4,896 nt of DNA, taken from IMG/VR virus record IMGVR_UViG_2630968911_000001, one strand, 5' to 3'. The notes below the pieces were generated by a model. That model was not told where the DNA came from. It worked only from the letters and a program-made list of their open reading frames with translations, and did not search any database. The DNA comes from a virus (lineage: Duplodnaviria; Heunggongvirae; Uroviricota; Caudoviricetes). The position numbers and the translations under genes were made by a program. Positions 1-4,896 of this stretch are shown here, piece by piece; the stretch's first letter is position 1, and each line of letters starts with the position of its first letter.

Positions 1-18
1 CACTTAGCCGCGTGTCCA

Positions 19-723
19 CTATTGCTGGGTAAGATCAAAGGTTGAATCAGAACCTAGATATTTAATCTCTGGATTTTTTGCGTTACCAATAATTTCATAT
101 TTTGCTGGAAGCTCAATGTCTCTGGTCTTCATTCCATATATGCCAGAACCTTTCAAGTGAATTTTTCTTGCGCCTGAAGCGAATGCCTTCTGAAAGGCTA
201 TGCTATTATCTGTTTTTCCAGAATCATCTTTGCCACCAAAGTCTTCCAAAAATACAAAATCATCCAGCTTTTCTTGTACATTCCTGAAGACAGCACCATC
301 AACAACAGAAGGTAATCCATACTTATACTTTACTGTTTCAGGGAATGCCCCGCTTGCAAACTCTCCCTCTAGCTCATGCCGGAACTGGTCCGGGTCATAC
401 TTGAGAATGTTTGGATAGTAGAACTGCTGTGTGCCATATGCGTCATACACAGCCATTGAATGTCCCTGTACGGTAACGAACTTTGCAATCTGTCCGTTAT
501 ATACAGGGTAACCAGCGGCGTTAATGATGATTGGTTGCGAAACAGGAACGTGAGAGCCGTCTTCGTTCTCTACATAAACCTGAATCTGGTTTTCAGGATT
601 TGTCGGGTCAGTGTCAATTTTACCGATATAAATTTTGCCATTGGCAACCGCTTTAAAAGAACGCGCCATAGTGAAAAGTTGCGAAGGCATACTCACTACA
701 ACATTGGCTGTAATGTCTGTCAT
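19..723 (-). CDS. Tailspike protein, N-terminal head-binding domain (P22 gp9-like) plus start of a divergent receptor-binding domain; ends prematurely, so possibly a pseudogene or truncated gene
   Basis: The 234-aa ORF begins [40 protein letters not shown]...TVQGHSM...LKYDPDQ, which I recognise as the conserved N-terminus of P22-type tailspikes (full-length proteins are about 600-700 aa). [21 protein letters not shown] motif at aa 161-180 resembles the start of a pectate-lyase-like beta-helix. On the minus strand GGAG (732..735) sits 8 nt upstream of the ATG at 721..723. The ORF stops at TAG (19..21) and a second in-frame stop follows at 4..6. Confidence 0.8.
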   Translation of the reverse strand: MTDITANVVVSMPSQLFTMARSFKAVANGKIYIGKIDTDPTNPENQIQVYVENEDGSHVPVSQPIIINAAGYPVYNGQIAKFVTVQGHSMAVYDAYGTQQFYYPNILKYDPDQFRHELEGEFASGAFPETVKYKYGLPSVVDGAVFRNVQEKLDDFVFLEDFGGKDDSGKTDNSIAFQKAFASGARKIHLKGSGIYGMKTRDIELPAKYEIIGNAKNPEIKYLGSDSTFDLTQQ

Positions 724-731
724 TTAATTTG

Positions 732-735
732 CTCC
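732..735 (-). promoter_or_regulatory. Shine-Dalgarno (GGAG) for the tailspike gene
   Basis: On the minus strand the sequence reads ccGGAGcaaattaaATG, an 8-nt spacer to the start codon. Confidence 0.6.
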
Positions 736-742
736 GGACGTA

Positions 743-778
743 GCAATGCCGAACAAGATGCAACTTGCCCAGCATTGC
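743..778. promoter_or_regulatory. 36-bp imperfect dyad symmetry element (possible operator or RNA stem-loop) in the leader of the tailspike gene
   Basis: Plus strand reads gcaatgc-cgaa-caagatgcaacttg-ccca-gcattgc. The outer 7-bp arms are perfectly complementary, the inner caag/cttg arms share the same centre (760/761), and 14 of 18 positions pair. It lies 20-57 nt upstream of the tailspike ATG. Confidence 0.4.
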
Positions 779-887
779 ACTAATGTCAGTTATTATTTGT
801 TAATTATGAGATGAGTCTATGCAAAGAGATCTGTTGAATATTGCGTTCTATATATTTGGTTTTTGCATATTCCTGGTGTTTGCGAAG

Positions 888-2885
888 CTATTCTGACAAC
901 GCATCAGACTTAACACCCTGCGTCATAGCGTTAATAGCCTTTTGTGCCTGCTGCATGGCTTTCTCAAACGCTGTTGATCCGCGTGGGGTATTTGCCATTC
1001 GTAGCATTGCATTTCTGAATGGCTCACTCTCATAGGCGCGAGCAAGAAGGCCGTAGCTTACTGCAGCGCCAGTTGTCGCAGGGTTCATTGCTGTCCCATA
1101 TCCGATAATGAACGGAATGGTTTGCTGACCTGTAGGAGTTGTTACTGCTGCTTTTGCTGCCTGCTGAGTGGACTGAAGGTAGTTTTTCAATCCTTTCAAA
1201 TAAGCGGCTTCCTGACCCTTAAATGTGATGCCAGTCTGGTTTTGCAGGATGTTAAGCTGCCGAAGGAACTGGTCAGGGGCTCCGCCTGATTTCTCCATCG
1301 CTTTTCCAATGATGCCATTGCGCATTTGCGCCCTGCCAACACGACCAACTGAGTTATACAGCGTCTTAATTTCCGATTTGTTCTTGCTGAATAGCATGTT
1401 GTTGACAACTTCCGGCGTCAGGTCTCCTTTCATGAGAACATTCTTCAGCCTGGTATTCTTTAGTTTCGCCGCTTCGTCAGCGTAGACGGCATTGGCCTGC
1501 TGATATTTACGGAGAGTATCGTTGCCAAGATTCTGACCAATGGCACCATTGATATCGTCGGTCATCGCCTTGTAAACACGTTGAATGGCGGCATCGGAAC
1601 GGTTTGGTAACACTGGTCGCTCCCCCTTCACATCCATTCTGAACTGGCTGCGCAGATCGCTTAATTGCTTCAAATCCAGATTTACCGGACCATCAGGGCC
1701 AGCATTGCGAACAAGCTCATCACGATATGACTGAAGTTTTGAAATTGTCTCGTTATCAGCTACCTTACCAAGCTTCTGCAGATTAGATATCTCAGTATCA
1801 ATCTGCTGAATTGCTCGCGCAGGCTGGATATTGACTCCCGCCATTGCATTCTGAACCTGCTCAAGACGGTTCCCTGCAGCACGACGAATTCCTGACGTTT
1901 TAGCTTTAAGGCTGTCAATAACAACCGCTGGATCATACTCACCGAATTTATCAGCAAATCTCTGCACCAACTGGCTTCTCGCTTCCTGTTGCGTTGCTCT
2001 CATTCCGCTTGTGCCAGCCAGAGGGATATTTTCTGCTGTAGTCTGCGCCATTTTTCCGACGCGGGAAGTTGGTTGTAACAGGTCTGTGGTGTGCAGAGGA
2101 ATTCCTTCACGCTCTGCAAATCTGATAGCCTGCTGCGCTTCTGGCGCGATAGCACCACGAACGCCACGATAAGCAGCACCTAATCCACGTCCAGCAGCGT
2201 TAATAGCACCGCCAGCAAGTACACCAACGCCTAAATCGGTGGCGAGTGCTTCCGCATCATCTTTCGCACTATTTGCAGCAAGTGATCCAACTGCGTTTTC
2301 TGCCAGAAGGCGAGTTGCCCCCTGAGCAATTCGACCAGCAAGTGTTGGTGCCTGTGCTGCCGCTCTCTCAACGCCAGCAGGAGTGAGGTAAGGCAATGCT
2401 TCAGCAAATACTCTTCCCTCTGTCGTTTGTGGAGTCAGCGCGCCTTGCTGAAGGCCAAAGTCCTGCTCTAATCCCTGCGTTGTTACTCGTGGAGCTGGTT
2501 GATATGTACCATCGCCAATGCCGAGTTTACCGCCAGCCCAAGCCGCCGCGCTTGTTACAGCATCGGCAACTGATGCAGGTATGTTTGCCACGTTCACGCC
2601 AGCCTGCACCAGTCCGCGACCTGTTTCTTTCGCGGCTTCACCAAGATCAGACATAAATCCACTTTGCTGTGGTTGTTGCTGTGATACTGGTTGTTGTATC
2701 TCCACTGGCTGCACAGATGGCAATGGATAGGCAGCATAGAAAGCTTGCTTAGCCTGCTCTGCATTTTCTCCGGCTTTCGGGGCCACGACTTCATTGAAGT
2801 ATTGCTCCTGAGCCTGCGCTTTTTGTTCTGGTGCTAACGCCTGATACTGTGGAGAGGCGATAACATCTTTCCATGCTTTAGCCAT
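888..2885 (-). CDS. Phage ejection (DNA-transfer / internal virion) protein, P22 gp16/gp20-like
   Basis: A 665-aa ORF sits immediately upstream of the tailspike in the same orientation, which is the position of the ejection proteins in P22-like genomes. It is Ala/Gln/Gly-rich with a Q/P-rich low-complexity linker (aa 57-76) and a Gly/Ala hydrophobic segment (aa 217-239). Its ATG (2883..2885) overlaps the upstream stop as TAATG, and a GGGGTGA Shine-Dalgarno-like sequence (2889..2895, minus) precedes it. The family assignment is by context and composition, not a verified alignment. Confidence 0.6.
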   Translation of the reverse strand: MAKAWKDVIASPQYQALAPEQKAQAQEQYFNEVVAPKAGENAEQAKQAFYAAYPLPSVQPVEIQQPVSQQQPQQSGFMSDLGEAAKETGRGLVQAGVNVANIPASVADAVTSAAAWAGGKLGIGDGTYQPAPRVTTQGLEQDFGLQQGALTPQTTEGRVFAEALPYLTPAGVERAAAQAPTLAGRIAQGATRLLAENAVGSLAANSAKDDAEALATDLGVGVLAGGAINAAGRGLGAAYRGVRGAIAPEAQQAIRFAEREGIPLHTTDLLQPTSRVGKMAQTTAENIPLAGTSGMRATQQEARSQLVQRFADKFGEYDPAVVIDSLKAKTSGIRRAAGNRLEQVQNAMAGVNIQPARAIQQIDTEISNLQKLGKVADNETISKLQSYRDELVRNAGPDGPVNLDLKQLSDLRSQFRMDVKGERPVLPNRSDAAIQRVYKAMTDDINGAIGQNLGNDTLRKYQQANAVYADEAAKLKNTRLKNVLMKGDLTPEVVNNMLFSKNKSEIKTLYNSVGRVGRAQMRNGIIGKAMEKSGGAPDQFLRQLNILQNQTGITFKGQEAAYLKGLKNYLQSTQQAAKAAVTTPTGQQTIPFIIGYGTAMNPATTGAAVSYGLLARAYESEPFRNAMLRMANTPRGSTAFEKAMQQAQKAINAMTQGVKSDALSE

Positions 2886-3511
2886 TAATCACCCCATAGT
2901 GAAGAAAAGTTACTGCCAGTAGTAGATTGTTGCCCTGGCATATTCTGCACCGGCTCCTGATAATCAAACTGTTTTTTAACAGTGCTCAACTTGCTTTCAA
3001 GCTGATTTCTAATCTTTCCGATAGAGTCACGAAAAGCCTTTTCACTCATTTTGGGGCTTAGGGCACCAACCGCATCGGATAATTTTTTACCCTCAGCATC
3101 TGAAAGAGCGCCCATACCCTTCAGGGACTGCACCATAGGAAGGAAAGTTTGAGCTTTAAAGGTGTCGAGCCTTGCTTCAAAGTTAGCCGCATCAGAGCCA
3201 GGAACTGTCGGAAACGCTGAGCGAATTCCTACTGCTTTTGAAAGGCCAGGGCTTTGCTCTATCTCGTTGAGAGAATCAAGCGCGGTGCTGAACGTATCAA
3301 CTGCACCCTGAGCAGCGGCCTGCCTGTCAGCGCGGGCTATGTCAGCCTTTTGCCGAACATCTGCCTGTTTCTGTTTTAGCTCTTCAAGCTTTAACTGATT
3401 GCTTTCTCTGGCTATTTGTCTGTCCAGAGCCTTTTCTTGTAATTCTGCTCTTTGTATTTCGCGGGAAAGAGCAGCATTCTGTGCGCTGATGTTCTGTCCA
3501 CGTAATGGCAT
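2885..3511 (-). CDS. Coiled-coil phage ejection-protein-like ORF, probably the 3' portion of a gene truncated at its 5' end (P22 gp20-like or gp7-like)
   Basis: The 208-aa ORF has a strongly charged heptad-like N-terminal half (REIQRAELQEKALDRQIARESNQLKLEELKQKQADVRQKADIARADRQ) and is translationally coupled to the downstream 665-aa gene. There is no convincing Shine-Dalgarno upstream of its ATG, and an in-frame stop lies only 4 codons upstream (3524..3526). Confidence 0.5.
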   Translation of the reverse strand: MPLRGQNISAQNAALSREIQRAELQEKALDRQIARESNQLKLEELKQKQADVRQKADIARADRQAAAQGAVDTFSTALDSLNEIEQSPGLSKAVGIRSAFPTVPGSDAANFEARLDTFKAQTFLPMVQSLKGMGALSDAEGKKLSDAVGALSPKMSEKAFRDSIGKIRNQLESKLSTVKKQFDYQEPVQNMPGQQSTTGSNFSSLWGD

Positions 3512-3552
3512 TGAGCAGGCAACTCACTGGATGCCACTACCGGAACCGCCGC

Positions 3553-3558
3553 AGGAGG
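3553..3558 (+). promoter_or_regulatory. Shine-Dalgarno (AGGAGG) for the ASCH-like gene
   Basis: AGGAGG is followed by a 6-nt spacer and an in-frame GTG at 3565. Confidence 0.6.
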
Positions 3559-3564
3559 TTAACC

Positions 3565-3849
3565 GTGGCTAACCTGCAACTTGCCGTCAAAGGTGAATAC
3601 TTCGATGCCATTATTCGCGGAGAGAAAACTGAAGAGTATCGCCTGTGTAATGACTACTGGAATAAGCGAATTATGTTCCGGGAGTATGACCGCCTGATTA
3701 TCACAAAGGGATATCCGAAGCGCGACGATTCCAGCCGCAGAATTGACGTCCCGTATGACGGATATGAAATCAAGACAATCACACATCAGCACTTCGGCGA
3801 TAAACCGGTAAAGGTGTTCGCGATAAAGGTGAATATCGGCAATGAATAA
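3565..3849 (+). CDS. ASCH/PUA-like domain small protein (YqfB-like fold), accessory early-left gene
   Basis: The listed ORF 3505..3849 has no ribosome-binding site at its ATG, whereas the in-frame GTG at 3565 has a consensus AGGAGG. The 94-aa product begins MANLQLAVKGEYFDAIIRGEKTEEYR, matching the N-terminal beta-strand and G-x-K-T motif pattern of ASCH domains (compare YqfB ...DDILAGRKTITIRD). Assignment is from motif recollection only. Confidence 0.55.
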   Translation: MANLQLAVKGEYFDAIIRGEKTEEYRLCNDYWNKRIMFREYDRLIITKGYPKRDDSSRRIDVPYDGYEIKTITHQHFGDKPVKVFAIKVNIGNE

Positions 3850-3850
3850 C

Positions 3851-3880
3851 AATCCTCGAACTCGCGGGGATTTCTTTTAT
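3851..3880 (+). terminator. Putative intrinsic terminator-like hairpin 1
   Basis: Stem 3853-3858 / 3865-3870 (tcctcg/cgcgggga, 6 bp including one G-U), a 6-nt loop, then the U-rich run tttcttttat (3871..3880). It starts 4 nt after the ASCH stop codon. Confidence 0.35.
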
Positions 3881-3883
3881 CTG

Positions 3884-3908
3884 AACTCGCTACGGCGGGT
3901 TTTGTTTT
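3884..3908 (+). terminator. Putative intrinsic terminator-like hairpin 2
   Basis: Stem ctcgc (3886..3890) / gcggg (3895..3899) with tetraloop tacg, extendable by A-U pairs, followed by ttttgtttt (3900..3908). It is an imperfect direct repeat of hairpin 1 (gaactcgc...GGG...TTTnTTTTAT). Confidence 0.45.
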
Positions 3909-3921
3909 ATGGAGACAAGAA

Positions 3922-4266
3922 ATGTCAGATTTGGCTATGAAGGTTTTGAAATGGCAATCGACTGGCGATGTCGGCATCAGTAGCGCAACTCTTGCCTCAA
4001 TCGCATGTGGACTGAAAAAGAATATCTATGGTCATCACTTCGGCGCTCCCCATGACGCAGCAGATTTCCGGCGATGCGTTGCGCTTGTTGAGCAGATTAC
4101 AGAAATCAGAGATTCATTCGACAAGGTTGCAAAGCGCGTTCCGGCATTCAAAGGAATCCTCAACGAATGGGATTCCCTCGTTGCTCTGTTGAAGTCTGAA
4201 ATGAAGATACACGGAAACAAAGCACCAGAGACTTACAGAAGAATCAGCGAGCTACGCAAGGACTAA
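3922..4266 (+). CDS. Hypothetical protein (114 aa), accessory early-left gene of unknown function
   Basis: ATG at 3922 is preceded by GGAG (3911..3914). The ORF runs to TAA at 4264..4266 in the same orientation as the flanking genes. I recognise no family; there is a C-x7-HH-x4-H-x7-C spacing at aa 29-51. Confidence 0.55.
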   Translation: MSDLAMKVLKWQSTGDVGISSATLASIACGLKKNIYGHHFGAPHDAADFRRCVALVEQITEIRDSFDKVAKRVPAFKGILNEWDSLVALLKSEMKIHGNKAPETYRRISELRKD

Positions 4267-4269
4267 CCC

Positions 4270-4288
4270 GCCTCACACTCGATGAGGC
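4270..4288 (+). other. Short GC-rich hairpin between the hypothetical gene and xis
   Basis: gcctca (4270..4275) pairs with tgaggc (4283..4288) around the 7-nt loop cactcga. No strong U-tract follows (ctgtacatttctc). Confidence 0.25.
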
Positions 4289-4353
4289 CTGTACATTTCT
4301 CAAGATATCCAGACCTACCGCAATCATGTCAATCCAATAAATGGAGATTCCAG

Positions 4354-4701
4354 GTGGAAGAAGAAATCTTCACTCGTGAAGAAGCTGCGTCGTATCTGAA
4401 GGTAGACAAAGGCACTATCACACAGTGGATACGAAGTGGACGACTTCAGGCCGCAAAGATAAATCCAGATAAACCTAAAAGTCCATATCGCATTTGCAAG
4501 TCAGACTGCATTGCGGCGCTTAAGTCTGTGAGACACAATAGCGCGGTGAATGCGGTTGATGTGCAGGAGGTTAAAGCATGTCAATCAAACTACGCGGTGG
4601 CACGTGGCACTGCGATTTCGTCGCGCCAGATGGATCAAGAGTTAGACGCTCTCTTGAAACATCGGACAAAAGGCAAGCGCAAGAACTTCACGATCGTCTA
4701 A
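4354..4701 (+). CDS. xis: Excisionase-family helix-turn-helix DNA-binding protein (Xis/AlpA-like)
   Basis: An in-frame GTG at 4354 is preceded by GGAG (4343..4346). The product contains TREEAASYLKVDKGTITQWIRSGRLQAAKI, a typical excisionase-type HTH, and sits immediately upstream of the integrase gene. The listed ATG at 4282 lies inside a hairpin with no ribosome-binding site. The 3' end is uncertain because the frame overlaps the int start by 124 nt. Confidence 0.6.
   Translation: MEEEIFTREEAASYLKVDKGTITQWIRSGRLQAAKINPDKPKSPYRICKSDCIAALKSVRHNSAVNAVDVQEVKACQSNYAVARGTAISSRQMDQELDALLKHRTKGKRKNFTIV
4565..4570 (+). promoter_or_regulatory. Shine-Dalgarno (AGGAGG) for int
   Basis: AGGAGG is followed by a 7-nt spacer and ATG at 4578. 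Confidence 0.6.
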
Positions 4702-4896
4702 AAGCAGAAGCGTGGAGAGTAAAAAATCTCGGGGAATCACCGAAAAAGCTATTCAAGGAAGCCTGCATACGGTGGCTGCGTGAGAAATCGGATAAGAAGT
4801 CCATTGATGATGACAAGAGCATTATATCGTTCTGGATGTTGCACTTCAGAGAAACCATTCTCTCAGACATAACAACAGAAAAAATAATGGAGGCGG
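4578..4896 (+). CDS. int: Tyrosine recombinase / phage integrase, N-terminal region (partial; 3' end beyond the window)
   Basis: This frame is open from ATG 4578 to the window edge and is missing from the ORF track only because it has no stop inside the window. The translation MSIKLRGGTWHCDFVAPDGSRVRRSLETSDKRQAQELHDRLKAEAWRVKNLGE... matches the conserved N-terminal arm-binding region of lambdoid and P22-type integrases as I recall it. It has a strong ribosome-binding site and xis immediately upstream. Confidence 0.8.
   Translation, partial: MSIKLRGGTWHCDFVAPDGSRVRRSLETSDKRQAQELHDRLKAEAWRVKNLGESPKKLFKEACIRWLREKSDKKSIDDDKSIISFWMLHFRETILSDITTEKIMEA

Noticed and set aside
781-887. Possible sigma-70 promoter for the tailspike in the AT-rich spacer
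   Set aside because: I could not find a -35/-10 pair with acceptable spacing on either strand. Tailspike expression by readthrough from the late operon is the simpler explanation.
102-2794. Ten short ORFs (61-107 aa) lying inside or antisense to the tailspike and ejection-protein genes (102..287, 200..418, 460..783, 841..1035, 1196..1408, 1225..1485, 1760..1957, 2396..2656, 2518..2730, 2594..2794)
   Set aside because: All are fully embedded in or antisense to long ORFs with good protein-like composition. Their translations are Cys/Ser/Leu/Arg-rich and low-complexity, and none has a ribosome-binding site. They are most likely spurious.
3505-3564. ATG at 3505 as the start of the ASCH-like gene, giving the 114-aa product in the ORF track
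   Set aside because: There is no Shine-Dalgarno upstream of 3505, and the resulting N-terminal extension (MALSRQLTGCHYRNRRRRL) is Arg-rich with no domain homology. The in-frame GTG at 3565 has a consensus AGGAGG at the correct spacing.
3559-4220. Minus-strand ORFs 3559..3852, 3786..3977 and 4035..4220, antisense to the ASCH and hypothetical genes
   Set aside because: They are antisense to better-supported plus-strand genes that have consensus ribosome-binding sites. They have no ribosome-binding site and an implausible composition.
4282-4353. ATG at 4282 as the start of xis, giving the 139-aa product in the ORF track
   Set aside because: The ATG lies inside the 4270..4288 hairpin with no ribosome-binding site. 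The HTH homology begins after the GTG at 4354, which has a GGAG at proper spacing and gives a product of typical Xis size (about 115 aa).
3551-4574. Identical 12-mer gcaggaggttaa at 3551..3562 and 4563..4574, considered as a possible repeat or recombination site
   Set aside because: Both copies are simply consensus Shine-Dalgarno sequences in front of start codons. A single shared 12-mer in a 4.9-kb window is close to the chance expectation, and the flanks are not similar.
4688-4870. Minus-strand 60-aa ORF inside the integrase gene
   Set aside because: It is antisense to the clearly recognisable integrase N-terminus and is most likely spurious.
1-4896. attL/attR core, tRNA integration target, CRISPR repeats, IS inverted repeats
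   Set aside because: I saw none. The window begins inside the tailspike gene and ends inside int, so att sites and any tRNA target would lie outside it. There are no regularly spaced direct repeats or terminal inverted repeats.

Overview
This window looks like the junction of two operon ends from a P22-like (short-tailed, lambdoid-regulated) prophage that appears to be defective. On the minus strand lies the distal end of a late operon: a coiled-coil ejection-protein ORF that is probably 5'-truncated (2885..3511), a 665-aa ejection/internal virion protein translationally coupled to it (888..2885), a 164-bp AT-rich spacer carrying a 36-bp dyad, and a tailspike gene (19..723). The tailspike's first ~113 codons match, from my memory of the protein, the P22 gp9 head-binding domain; it then diverges and stops prematurely at a TAG. 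On the plus strand lies the distal end of an early-left operon: a small ASCH/PUA-like protein (3565..3849), two tandem terminator-like hairpins, a 114-aa hypothetical protein (3922..4266), an excisionase-family HTH protein (4354..4701) and the 5' end of a tyrosine integrase (4578..>4896). The two blocks meet head-to-head within 53 bp, which I read as the scar of a large internal deletion. I recognised no rRNA, tRNA, CRISPR array or IS element. All homology statements are from recollection of protein families and need alignment to confirm.
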